Positions 39,905-53,500 of a stretch of 64,000 nt of DNA are shown here, one piece after another. The stretch is from the NCBI GenBank assembly GCA_910592345.1, contig CAJVPI010000008.1, positions 1 to 64,000 of the forward strand, given 5' to 3'. The position numbers were made by a program, and so were the translations under genes. Under the pieces are notes generated by a model. The model made no database searches. It saw only the letters and a program-made list of their open reading frames with translations, and was not told the DNA's origin. The stretch is from Paraglomus brasilianum. Its lineage: Eukaryota. How positions within the stretch are numbered: position 1 is the stretch's first letter; each line of letters opens with the position of its first letter.

Positions 39905-40518
39905 GTTGCAAGTAGCTTAATATTTCACTACTTTGATGTTTCTATACTAATATATGTTAATGTATTCTATATAATCGTATTATTCAGTTAATTGCTACGT
40001 GTAATGTTAGCATGTATATATTGCACCCATTCGAAAGGTACGCCGAGAGAAGGCTGTTCAAAAATCCAAGAATTCGCCGGGAATTTTTTTTCTGTTGCTT
40101 TTATGTAGCACCAATTGAAGGATTTGGAAATTGGAAAAATATCTCAGGGCTAGGGCGCCCTTTATATCAGATGAATTCCTGCGCAATCAACATGTGCCAC
40201 TTGGAAGTTTGATGTGTACATTGTTTTCTTGATAAATAATGATACATACTTTTTTTGGAACAATTAATTATTTGAAGGTTTGTGAACGTTCACAATCTTG
40301 ATTAACGAACAGTATGAACGATGTGCCTACTTTAGAATTTGTATAATGATCGGTTTCACAGGCTGCACGGTGTGCCAAATAGAATTGTGCAACAATATAA
40401 ATGAGTCTGATAACATGTGATCGTATGTTTGCGCTTTCGACTGGTGTAAGCACGAAATTTTGAATATGATTGGTGACTAATGATGTAAACAATAAGATTT
40501 TGTATACGTGGTATTTAT

Positions 40519-43500
40519 TCATACGGCCCAACTTGCCAACAAGTCCGTTTCTTCTGGGCCGATAAATGGTTGTTCAATGGTCTTAATCATGATATCACCG
40601 CAAAGAATACATTCCGACGCTACTAAATCGTCCAATTCATCCTAAAAATAAGATAAATAATGACATCGTAAATCAATGATATCACGACTTTCTTAAATGA
40701 GGGTGTATCTTGGATTGTTCTTTTGGGAGGAACTGATTATAATATTAGAACTCAGTCTCTCTTACCTTCAATTGGTCCACCTTCGGTACAACGACAGCAA
40801 CATCATCTCCGCTATTAGCGGCCAGATCAGGTAATATCAACCCTTTCAATAGATCTAATCCACCCGGCTGTGATTGAGGCTTTGCGAGGGGTTTTGTTAC
40901 TGCATGATTTATATTGGAGATCTCATGGGCTATTTTTTCTTGTAGTTCGAGAATACGCCGGATTTGACGGGGGTTTAGATGGTGTTTAACCTTTCGCAAT
41001 AGAGAATTGATTGGTGTTGAATTGGAAGAATGGAAAGGGGGAACAATTGTGATGTAATCGCGTGATGATTGTAACTATCCCTACTCACTTTGTTGATTAA
41101 GCAGTCCGAATGGAAACCATGTTGACAAGGGAAAATATAAAATTGCCTAGTCAACATTGGAAAGTCACACAACGAGCACTTCTCATTAGTAGAAACGACG
41201 GCAAATCTGCGTGCAAAAGGCCGTCAGGAATGTTAGTGATTTAATTAGAATCTGCTAAGACCCATCCCATACATCTCCGCTCTAACAGGTCAGTCTTGTA
41301 TATCCATACATTACTCACCGACAACGTAATTCCCGGATATCATCTCTAATACTTTCCGCACTTTTCGTCGCTTCTTCCATCTCAGCCTTGAGCTCTTCGA
41401 TGTGTATATTATAATCCTCTAATGCAGCACAAATTTCGTCCTTGAAATCGTCAATAAGGACGAAGTCAGGGAAGAATGGGAGAATATCTTCAATCTTGAG
41501 CAGTTCGCAGTCATGCAAATATTCCATTGCACTATCTCGAGTGAAGAGAGAAAAAGACAATATTTTAGAAAATGTAGATTTAGTTTCACGTAATGAAATG
41601 CATGATACAAGTCCCAGACTCACGTTTTAATGTCCTTTTTCTTTTCCACGACGTGTCGAGCGATCTTTAGCCAAAGTTTTTTTCTTAAGGCTTCGTCATC
41701 TTCTGGTTTATCAGCATTGATTTTTGCCAACTCTAGGTCGTTATGCTTTATGAAGATGAAATTACACCATGGATTTTTATCGGTTTAGTAGGTGTCGTCG
41801 CATTGTATGTTAGTATAATGATCTCAAAGACAATCGTAAAAACCTCTCTTATTCAAATTTTCATCTTTTTCTATGTCATTCCTTTTCAGCAAAAACCCCT
41901 CTTCTTTCGACTGACCTTCAATGCTAAATCGACAGCTTCTTCATATAAACCCATGTTACTGTAAATATGTACACAACTTTGCATTTTTCCACTCTGACGA
42001 CTACAGAGTCTGAGTGCATAGTCCAAATTATAGTGCGGCTTACGACCCTATGTCGAAGCAAGCGTTACAATTGGTATATGTGAAAAAGATTATAATTTCA
42101 CATATAAATTTGCTAAATTTTGTCAATACATAAACATAATATACCTCAGTAGCCAGAAACTGTAATAGAGCCGATTCATCCTGAGCAGATTGCGTCGCAT
42201 AAAGAGTCAAAAGGAAGTTGTGTATTGCAGGGTCTGTGTTATTCAGTTCTCGAACGACAAATTGTAGATATCGTATTGCCTGGTTCTACATGGATTTATT
42301 GATATTGTCGTGTCATTCATCCGACATCATATTAAAATGAATACTCATGCTCATGGGTCATCATATCCTACCTGTGTAGCATTCTCTGTGGATTTTGAGT
42401 GATCGTATTTTAGCAAAGCGGGTATCAAATTGCGTGGATTAAGTTCTGTCTGTCGCATCCATACATTGACAGTATCATATGGCGCGTTCTCCATTAATAC
42501 TGGCGCAAATTTATAGAATAAATCGACGGAAGCCTGTACATTAAAAATTCAACAGTCACAATCAAGAGGCAGAATGTCGTTCAATCATTACTAGTTGTCT
42601 ATATCACATTAATAACACCTGGGCGCTACTCCCAGTATGTATGTTTATAGCAAGCTTACCTGTTTACTGAGGACATCTAACGCCTTCTTATAATCCTTCT
42701 CTTGAATCCAGTTAGAAATGACCTTTTCGTAATCACCAATTATTGTAGCATAAAATAGCAATTCATCCACTCGCCCGTGGCTTGCGATAAGATTGTAAGT
42801 TGTACGTTTATCGAGATTAGCCTGTTCAATTGAATGTGTCTCATTTAATAGGATGATTCTCATAATAATTAAATATGTAATAACATTTACTATTTCATTA
42901 TTGTTTACTTTGTGTGTATCCAAGAACACCCTAAACTCTTCTTCAAGAAATTTCTGCTCGGCAAGGAAATTTCTTGCTTCATCTGAACCAGCACTGGCAG
43001 CAGTCTGATCTTCTAACATGTTGATTTTATTAAGATAGATTTCTACTAGCCATGTGGCAATCATCATCCTTTGAATCTGATCCTATAGAAAGAAAAAAGT
43101 TAGTAAAGTGAATGGTTGTACCAATATAATGATAATGATGACAAGTAATTTTTTTTTGACATCAAAGAAGTATAAAGTTAATACCCCTCGCCGCAATTTA
43201 TCCAATTTGCTCAACAAGTATTCTCTTAGAGCATCTCTTTCATCTCTCTCAACAAACTTTAAAGTAACTTCCTCGAACGCAACTGCTGATTGAGCATACG
43301 ATTGAGCAGAGAGGGCATATCTGCCCTGTGAGAAGTAGTAGTCTGCTCGGGTTGTTAAAACTTTGTCACATTGAGCAGGATTCTACGTGGAAGTCATAAA
43401 GTTGGTTAGGCTCATAACAGATGTAAGCATATAATATGTTCCAATTCGAATTGCTTTGTTGTATAAGATACCTTGCAATATTGTAATGCAGTATCAAACG

Positions 43501-45729
43501 CTTGCCTATCCAAGTACAATCTCCATACATCTCTGTCTTCTCTCGTTATTATAAGTTCGAATATGGATAGATCAGTATATATCCAGAAAGTATTCTTCAC
43601 AGTGTCAACTGTCATTGTACGGACTTCCTCCCCTGCTTTCTATTGATCAACAATACAAACGACAAATTTAGTTACTGCACTGATGATCATGCTTATCAAT
43701 TGCGCGATCACTTATTATTGGAGATATTCACAAGAGGTATAAGTTCTTCATATACGATCTGATCATTCAGCTGACAGATCGCCCGTATCCGTTCTTTGTA
43801 CAACAAAATAAAATGAAACTCGGTGAGAGCAATCGACACTGGGATCTCAGATACCACTGTTGTAGGGTCTGTTTCTGACGGAGAAGCTGGATATCTATAA
43901 TATGAAAAGAAGCAATATGTATGATTACCAGTTACGCAATAAACGAGTGAGCTAGAATACAAGTATACGCTATATATTACATACGGTAACAAATGTGCAG
44001 AATCTATTACACTATCCCCAACATCTTGAGATCCAAAAACGAGATTTCCGTGATATATTCCAGGACCTACGTGAATAAAAGATACAACGCTCTAGATAAC
44101 TCTGCATGAGACTGGATTTATCGTACTCGTAAATACTCACCTGTGAGCCATGCGAACGTCTTTGGAGTTCCTTGGTATTGAATATCCTGATATGGTGTAA
44201 AAAAATGAAGTTCACTGTACGGTAGATCACCGGGTAACTCCTGAAATCCTATATAATTGCAAATCTCGTTATAATTTTAATAAGAGTAAATATACTCATG
44301 TTTCTTTACTCTTGTCTTTTTACCTGGATTGGTTTCATACTTGGCAAACAGGTTTTCGAACATTGACGCTCCGTCGTAATCAGCCTGGGGCTGTGCCATC
44401 CCAATAAATTGATATATTCTCGTTGGCGTCGTTGCAACGATAAAGTATTTGCGTGGTGTTACTATAAACGGTTCGAATCTGAGACCAGTAATCGGGAGGT
44501 TTTCTTGTATTGAATAGACCTATGAGATGAATAATGAGAAGAAAGCAATTGCCGTCAGTATAAAATTAAACATACGATGCGTAACGTTTTGTGCTCCTTG
44601 AAAATGTAGAACCTGTTTGCAGAACTTCTCTTCTCGTTTAAAATACTCATCGGTAGGCTCAATTTCGGCCTCAAAAATCAACCCATTCCTTGTACCAATC
44701 AGTATCTTTTTAGTAGATGAATCTGATGATGTTCCGGCTGCCTTATTCCACGCTACAGATTCAATTACGATTCCCTATAAGTAAAATAGATAAAATTCTC
44801 AGTCTTAACATCCAACAAAGAATCTCAAGTGACATTAAACCCTCAGTTTGATTAATAAATTAACCTTGAATTTTGATAAGGGCTTTGCTTTTTTCCATTT
44901 TTCAAATAAATAGAAATTTTCTCCTTGTTCAGTTGTAATTAATAAATGCCTTCCAGTTGGATCAAAGAATGTTTTATATATCTTCACTTCGGATTGCTTC
45001 CTTGGAATTTCAATATCTGTTATTAAATGAATCTATTAGTAACAGCTTTGTGAGACAACAGGTAAAAACAGTAGACAGTCGATTGTTAAATAAACGTCTG
45101 GGCAAATTCTAAAATGCATGTTAACAATACACCAGCTAAATACTATATGAATAGAATCGAGACGTAAAAACAATAAATAACAATAATGACAAAGTTTACC
45201 ACAGAGCTTTACAGCTCATCTTTATAAAGCCCACAATTATGTCATAATTATTACTACTTCTACACATACCACCTAACGACGATTGTACTTATGATTGAAC
45301 CCAACATTATCTCCACATGTTCGCAACCTCACCTTCAACTTCATGCGCCTGCTGCAAGTCGATCCTCAGGATATGATTCGTTTCCAATGCCATTATCAAA
45401 ATCTCGTTCGAAACAGCCATCGTCCGTAATTGGGCTGGAAATTGGAACTGAACTCTGTCTAATGCAAAGACGCGTGAATCGTCTTCGGCCAAACCCATAC
45501 TAACAAAGCCAGTTTCAAGCTGTAATACAAGTTGACAAATCAATGGCAAATTGCTCAGCAAAGCTGGTTCGCCGAATTTGCTGATATTCATTATTGTAAG
45601 AAGATAAAACTTGCATACCATAACTGGATCAGACGGTTCAAAGCCAACAGAGTCTACGAAAAACGAGCTGCTGCTGTATGACGGCATAGGATCGTTCGAT
45701 TGTTCAATGAAATCATCGATTATTGACAT
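40519..45729 (-). CDS. VPS18: Vacuolar protein sorting VPS18/PEP3 (HOPS/CORVET subunit), many exons
   Basis: IALTEFHFILLY, ATWLVEIYLNKIN, LKIEDILPFFPDFVLIDDFKDEIC and the RING motifs FPCQHGFHSDCL and ECILCGDIMI. Confidence 0.95.
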
Positions 45730-45887
45730 TTTCTCACTTAGTGAATTTCAGTTCGTAATTAATGTATTTTAGATATAGAAAGTTTACAAACAAATAAATA
45801 GTCAAAGAATGAAATAGTCTCAAGGTGCTTTTTTGTGTAATGTGCGATTCGATTGTCGGGAAAGCAGCGATTATCAAAACGGGTAAT

Positions 45888-45934
45888 TATCACGTGATAC
45901 AGCACACAAAGTCGCGAAAGTATCAACTCACGTG
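45888..45934. promoter_or_regulatory. Two CACGTG (E-box/CDEI-like) sites in the VPS18/SET divergent promoter
   Basis: Palindrome TATCACGTGATA at 45888-45899 and TCACGTG at 45928-45934, within a 318-bp intergenic gap. Confidence 0.5.
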
Positions 45935-46047
45935 TCCACTTCGCTCATTCCTACATCCTCCCGTCCCAAGTCGTGTGTCTACTCGCTCTTTTCTATCATT
46001 ATCCAGTCCGTATCCACCTCGTTCATTCGTTTCTATCGCGCAGCATT

Positions 46048-48756
46048 ATGAAGGGCAAGAAGAGCATATCCCCACTATCACCTACTCTTGTAAAATATCT
46101 CCACCCTAGAGTAGGACCAAAAATGGCAGAAGGGATGACTCCGGAGGAGGCTTGGCGGGATGTAATCAAAGATGTAGCTGTGGCCTCCCTCTCAAATAAA
46201 CCATTAGACATTTTTGCCGCTGCAATATGTCGACTAGCAGAGCTAGACGACAGTGGACGCCTTCAGATTATTGATCGATGTCTCACTATATGCCCCGTAC
46301 CTGAAGCGCCTTCGATCGATAAAGCTGCTCAAATAGAGGAACTGCTATTAGAAATGCTCGTACCAGAGAACACTTCAGAATTGAGGGGAACAACTTCGGT
46401 GGAGATAGATTCGGAATTTCTTAAGGTCATGACGAATGTTCTCGAACACTCACATAAGGATTGGAGCAGTTCACGCGAATTCCTTCAGAGGTTCTTTAAT
46501 GATTGTAAGACTAAATATATTCCAGACCTGGAAATCTTTTATTTGTTTCCGAAAATGCCAGAAATGGCACGTAATTTGATAATAGAACCAGCTGAGGCCA
46601 AGAATTTGGAACGTTTATTTGCCTGTTTACAGGAAGCATGCGCTGTGAAGGGCCTACGACTCCGAGAACTAATCAAGACAAAAATATCCGGTCGTGACTA
46701 CGAATGGTTTGATAAACAAGCTAGTGCGATATTTCCAAAAGGTATTCCTTCCGATCCTGAACCCAACAAAGACTATATTCCTCCCACGAAAATCGACACC
46801 TCTTTACCGTTTACCAAAGAGCGTCATGGCCAATTGATGCGTTCCGGTCGATTGAAGACGCAGCAACAACTCTTGCGGCCTCGTTGGCATAATCAACAAC
46901 ACATATTACTTCTGGCTCTGCGCAGACATCCGCAACATATGATGACAAGAAATGAACTTATCGATGCTGCTTTACAGTTGGATGAGAAATGGAGCAGAGA
47001 GACTGGTTTGCCAAAATGTTTTACTGGCTTGGTGAGTTGGAATTAGCAGTCGATCTATTGATTGCAGTTTCATTTGGAAATTATTTGACTATGACTGCTC
47101 ATTGTATATTCCTTATATAATAAAATAAGACCCCGCGCAATTCAGCAAGTGCCTGTTTGACAACAAACGCTGACAAATATTTTGCAGCTATTAAAGTGGA
47201 TAATGTAACGACCTATTACAAGCTATCGTTCAAACCAAACGACCTTGACGATGCAATCGCTCGTTACAAGAAATGGGTGAAGCAACTTCAAGAACATGAT
47301 TGGCCGTTGTGTTTCGGTAGAATTCTCAAGAGCAAGAAAGGTATTGCTTAAGATTATTTGTTTATGCTCTAATGTACTTGAGATCTTAAGCATTGCTTAC
47401 TTAATAATAGGTCAAGATCTTGTAAAACACCAACGCATTATAATGCTAAGTGTCGGTGCGAGCAATCCTGCTCATTTACGATGCAGATACTGTGGACCTG
47501 AAAAAGATGGCTGTAGTAAGGAGTTACCAGCATGCGCACGGTGCAGAGCCAAAGGACAATTATGTATTTATCCATTACGTCCGGATGTACACAAAGAGAC
47601 AGAGCGACAAAAGCAAAAATCAGAACTAAATAGTTTCTTGTCCAAAAAATCACAGAGTGACGGGAGATCGGTGAATTTAAGGGCAAAAAAAGTTTCTGAA
47701 GAAAAGAAGGTCAGGAAGAATGGTAATGGATCATCATACGAAATCGAGTTGCTTGAAAATATACAAGAAGGGATGGATTTGTCAAACGTGCCAAAAAAAT
47801 TATGTGACGTGGTTGACGTTAGACCCTCAAGCATCCCAAATGCTGGTAATGGGCTCTTTGCAAAACGGAACATTCCCATGGGAACGCCTCTCGGATTCTA
47901 CTTTGGCGTCCCAATGATGGAGGATGAATTTGATCAGTACAAAGATAAAGTAGGAAAAGCATCCCACTATTCAATGAGATATCGTCATACGATTCTAGAT
48001 GCCACCAACGATGCCGGTGAGCCGTTCACAGATCCAAATGGGAAAATACATTGTCCCTTTCATTTTATGAACGAAGATCCCTTTGGTAACATGGTATTTC
48101 TGGAAGGATACGAGGTGAACCAAGTCATCTGTCTAACGAAAAGAGACATTAGGAAAGGAGAAGAACTATTTGTTTATTACGGCCATGAGGTTGATAGAGC
48201 GCATTGGGGCCAACAGAGCGACAGTGAAGAGGAGTCAGAAGATGAAGAATCTGAAAGCGAAGAAGAAGATGAAGATGAGGAAGATGACAGTGGTGAAGAT
48301 CTAGGGCGACGTAGTGGTAGACGCGGAAAGAACGGTAATAGCGAGCATAGAGAACGAATATGGCTTCGTGGGACAAAAAGGAAAAGGGGAAATAATGGCG
48401 AGTCACGAGAGTTGAGTAATAAAGCAAAGAAAGGAGTAAAACGACATAGACTTTCTACGATAACACCGGTTAGTGATGAGTATGAAACAGATATAGAAGT
48501 TGGGTTAGGCCCTAGTCGTCGTGACGACGATAACGAGATGGAAGTAGGTGAGGAAGATGAAGAAAAAAATGAAGCAAAATATGAAGAAGAGGGAAGTCAA
48601 AGAAGAGCAAGGGAAATATTAGATACCGAAGATGAGGAAGGAGAGGATGAAGAAAATAAAGAAGAGGAAGACGAAGAGAAAGATGAAAGATTAAACAAAT
48701 CGGAGGACATTGTAAATGACGATTATGTAGAAGTAAAAATAGAAGCGTCGGATTAG
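46048..48756 (+). CDS. Chromatin protein with HARE-HTH-like domain, Zn(II)2Cys6 cluster, SET domain and acidic tail (exons 46048-47031, 47130-47340, 47411-48756; 846 aa)
   Basis: GL|TPRNSASACLTTN (HARE-HTH-like), CX2CX6CX6CX2CX6C at 47482-47565, and SET motifs SSIPNAGNGLFAK, FMNE and IRKGEELFVYYG. Splice phases are consistent. Confidence 0.85.
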
Positions 48757-49028
48757 AATCATTTAGAATATGCTTCAACTATATAGTTGTTTCTTTAATG
48801 AGTTGTGCATGATTCTATGTAGTTGTATTTAACCACCGCGCAAAGCCTGAATGCTAGATTTTATATTCATCTCATCGTAATCGACCACCTTGTGTTTACT
48901 CATCAATGAGAAATAATTTTATCCAATGTATTTATATGGAATTTAATTAGCAGTTTATCTTTTAAAATAAGATGCACATGGTCTTTGAAATTCCATGGTT
49001 GCTCACGTAGCGCTATGGACAATAAGTG

Positions 49029-50532
49029 TCATGTGGTAACAATACGCCGTGTCGGTGGTATTGGATCATAATAGACAAATTTCACTTGTTCGAGCATTTC
49101 CATTATACTTTCGTTTTTAGCAACGTACGCCCACGCGATACAATAATGCGCGGACAGCAAACGCCATTCCTCAACTTCATCGAGTAGCTCCAACCTTGAT
49201 ATTCTATAAATATCAAACATGAGGTCCATTAAATGATTATATACGTTGTAAAACACGCGATGGTTGCATACCTTTCCAATTCACGTGGATCAATATGCCT
49301 ATCGTGCATTTTGTTAATATCTATAGCTTCAGCATGCGTCCAACCTCTCTTCAAGAATCTTTCTTTTTGACTCTCCAAACTCGGATACGCATAAATGCCT
49401 CGAAGTTCAATATTCCTCAGTTTCAAATTCTGCAACATTACTGACCCGAACGCATCATCAGGAAGGATTTGCTCGTATACAACAAACACCGCAGCACTCA
49501 TATTCTCTCCAACCCATCGTACGATTTTATCGGAATCTCCCGACTCCATATAGATAAGTACGCATTCTGAAAGAAATATAGTTGGTAAACTGTGATAGGT
49601 GAGAGTTGGTGTTGACTGTTGATGATTAAGCGAATGATGATATTGGTAGGTGATAACGAGAATGAGAAGGAAGGATAAAAATAAAATATTCATAAGACTG
49701 GGCGTTAACGGACCTTGTATCAAAGCCGTGCTGGATTAGCCGGTCGACTACATGGGTGGTAAATTCTCTTAGATCGCCAGCAATCAAGCAATAATCGTCT
49801 GCGTAAAGTTCCATACCACCCATACCTAGAACGTATAACTGTAAGCATTGATTCAATAATTCCTCAACTGCAAAAATACTAACAAGAAAAAAGAAAAAAG
49901 ACTAACCAAGTCGTGCTGATTCACCCAATAATGTATACATCTGCTTGTGTCTACGAATAATGGCTACCTTCCTACTCGTAATCTCAGGATAGTCGATTTC
50001 AAAGTATTTATGAAATGGTCGAGATCTCTCCTGAACCAAGTAATTTGTCAGCCCATGTTTTAAAATTGCCAAATACTGATTCCCTTACGATGAGCCAATA
50101 AATCACAATCAAACCTTGTATGAAAAATATCGCGTATCCGACCCGGCGCCAAATGATACAATTTGTTTCTTGGCTTTCACGGTCTCCAGGAACTTTGTTA
50201 TCAATATGTCCAGTCCGGTAGTGCGTACATAGGTTCCTAAACAAAAGAGAGTATAAAATGAGTGATCGATGGCAATAAACGGCATTTAAAAGTCCTTCTC
50301 GAACCTCTGTTGATTATAGGGGGACGCCGAGGCGGTCGTTTGACAAAGTATTTCACAAAGTTATCAGAAATATAAGCTGCCTGTACAGCCGACCTTGAAA
50401 TAATAAAAAATATATATATCTAATAAGCATTGCGTCGCATTGTGCTTGCAGCGTTTGGCAAAAAACTCACGCTTTGCTGATGACTGCATCATCATTAGTA
50501 CCACGAACTGCCGCTTCATGTACTGAATCCAT
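49029..50532 (-). CDS. PPM1: Leucine carboxyl methyltransferase 1
   Basis: VRGTNDDAVISK, RPPIINRG, SFGAGSDTRYF, FEIDYP, PTIFLSECVLIYM and LELLDEVEEWRLLSAHYC. Confidence 0.93.
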
Positions 50533-50695
50533 GGGCAATGAGGAAATATTAATATGAAAATAGAATTTTATTTTTAAATTTATAGTTATTCACGTGGTAT
50601 GACATCAATTTTCTGATTGAAAATCAAAAAAGATTGCATCGTAACCATTTTTAACATCACTCGACCATTTGTTTCGCTTCTGTTTCCTCAAAGCT

Positions 50696-51885
50696 ATGTC
50701 CGCGCAAGGCAAAAAAGCTTTTAACACATTAGGAGGAATGCTACCGAGAGGGGGTGGCAGCCCTAGAGGATTGTTCGCTGGTGTTGGGGCGATAGCTACG
50801 TTGGGTGCTCTTGGTCTTGGATTTAATGCGAGTTTATTTAACGGTACGAGTTTTATAAAAAGGCAATAATTAAAGTCAATAGATGAAGCCACATTTGATA
50901 GAGCTTTTGTATGGGGCGAGTAATAGTTACGCGTTTCCAAGCGAAAGAATTACATCCTTCATGGATCAAAATTATTTATTATATGAGTTTGCCTCCTTAG
51001 TTGATGGTGGTCATCGCGCAATTAAGTACACTCGTCTGTTTGGAATCCAAAAGTATATTTACCCGGAAGGCACTCACTTCATGGTTCCATGGTTTGAGAC
51101 ACCTATCATTTACGATGTGCGAGCAAAGCCTCGTAACATTGCATCTTTAACAGGGACAAAAGGTAACCGGGACACGTAAAATTATAATCTTATGACTCTT
51201 GTTCTAATCGGATTTCCCCTTTTTTTCCAACTCCGTGTAGATTTGCAGATGGTTAATATTACATGTCGTGTGCTTTCAAAACCAAAAATTGACTCTCTTC
51301 CAACTATTTATCGGACTCTGGGGACTGATTATGATGAGAGAGTGTTACCATCGATTGTGAATGAAGTCTTGAAATCTGTCGTTGCCCAGTTTAACGCATC
51401 CCAATTAATTACAATGCGTGAAAAGGTAACGAAATGTTTTATGGACAAACACTTTATTTATCATAAATCTCATCATGTGTCAATTATTACGATTAACATA
51501 GGTCTCACGACTGGTCCGCGAGAATTTGACTCGTCGCGCACTACGATTTAATATTATTCTAGACGATGTATCCATAACACATGTAGCATTCTCGCCAGAA
51601 TTTACGCATGCAGTGGAGGCAAAGCAAATCGCACAACAGGAAGCTCAGCGGGCATTCTTCGTTGTAGAACGTGCTAAACAAGAGAAACAATCAATCATAA
51701 TTAGGGCTGAGGGTGAAGCCAAATCAGCAGAATTAATCGGTGAAGCTATTAAGAATAAGCCAGGTTTTATTGAGCTGAGAAAGATAGAGACGGCACGCGA
51801 GATTGCATCAATATTGTCACGCTCTCAGAATCGTGTACTACTTGACTCTGAGACTCTATTGTTGAACTTGGCTGACAATAAGTAA
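50696..51885 (+). CDS. PHB2: Prohibitin-2 (4 exons)
   Basis: [53 protein letters not shown] and [17 protein letters not shown]. Confidence 0.95.
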
Positions 51886-52440
51886 TATTTAGACGACAAT
51901 AGTGTTTTATCTGGGAATGTTTCTCTATGTTCATAAATATATCTCTTTGTAGGGATCAAAAGAAGGAGAAGAAGGAGAAAAAGAAAAAGTGATTGTTTGA
52001 TGTAACTATACATGAGTGTTGAATAATAAGAGACACTTTCCTGAGCTATTTCGGCCTCAGGAGCAACACATCAATTTAACTCGATTATGATTCACTCACT
52101 GTCGTATAATATATCGATATTCTTTCTCTATCCGCTATTGTTAATGCTCGCCGCAACAAAGCGTCCATTCTATAAATGCACCCTTCTTTGCATGGTAAAT
52201 CCTTCCTGTCTGATTTAAAACTACGGCGTCCCGCTTATTAGCTCTAACATTCTGTAAGCAAGAATAGAACTGTTATTAGAACAGCAACTACACATAATCG
52301 AAGTGTGCTACAAATTGAATTGACCTCGCTATTGATTGTCTAACTAATATATACACACTATGCACTTTAAACTTGTCAAGGATGTTCTGTGCAATGACAT
52401 AACGCATAGTTCTCGTGCCATGCAACCAGTGTCTTTGTTA

Positions 52441-53500
52441 CAGTGTGTTTCGAATAATTGTGCTGATAAAAAAAAAGGTAAATTTCTCTACAATTGCAAG
52501 AGATAATTAAATGAAAATAGATGCATTAGATTGCTTATCAAATTCTTTATTACATATAAAAATTTCAGTATGGAATTCTATCCCCGTTTTTTTTCAAGAA
52601 CCATCTGACATCTCGTTTTCATTGACTTGATTAAATTAACCGTTTGTTCAGGAATTGTTTCCCATTCCTCGACTAAAAACTGCTTTAATTCATCTACCAT
52701 GGATTTTTGATGGTCTATGACATTAATCCCATTCTCGACAATAAATCATTACAACTCTGGATGTGTGCTTAGGATCGTTGTCTTGTTGTAAACGCCAATT
52801 GCTTTGATACATGGACTGGGCAGCAGGCAGCAATTGCGACTTCAATATATGGACGTAAAAAGGCCATCCATGATGTTGGTAAAGTGTTCGGTCTGCACCA
52901 ATTGTCACGCATATTAATATGTGCTTGTGCCCATAATTTCCGTGTCTCGATGTATTGTTCCGTTAGCATCGGTGTTCCGCGAGGCACAGAACTTTGATGT
53001 CCCTTTTTTTTCATATGCCGCCGAACTGCAGAATATGAAATCGAGATATCTTGAGTTTCTTGAACTTTTATAGCTATTTGTCGTGTTGAAATGGCTGTAT
53101 TTTGGCGCACATATCCTATAGCAACTGCCACACTTTGTGTACCCTTTGTTGGTCTGCCATTTCCGCGCCTGTGCGCTACAGTACCATGTTCTCTGAGTTT
53201 TTTGAGATTCCACTGAACAACAGTACGAAGGGAAATCTGTGGTTTTTGATGAATTTCTTTCGCATCACATGTACCGTTGAGCCAGTGGGCTTGATGCTGT
53301 GCTTCAAGCTTCTTATTGACCCGGTTTAGGGTGTTTGATCAAGGTGGCGAAAGGCTTTTATATCATAAAAACCCTAAACATGTATTCCATAATAAGCAGT
53401 TACTGATAGTCAAGACGCGTTTATGATCGATTATCGATTTTTCGATGTTATTCCAGAAAATTCTTTCGTTTACCGGCGCAATTTTTTTCGAAGCACAGTG
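52441..53500 (-). mobile_element. Internally deleted Tc1 transposon with transposase pseudogene
   Basis: TA-flanked imperfect TIRs of about 30 bp (CAGTGTGTTTCGAATAATTGTGCTGATAAA vs CACTGTGCTTCGAAAAAAATTGCGCCGGTAAA). It retains the HTH ISTRQIA..ISYSAVRR and QQDNDPKHTS. The first Asp motif and the SPDLNPIE motif are missing. Confidence 0.9.

Noticed and set aside
43383..43470. Minor (U12) intron in VPS18 (donor GTATCTT)
   Set aside because: The donor lacks the full RTATCCTT, and the branch site is U2-type CTAAC rather than TCCTTAAC.
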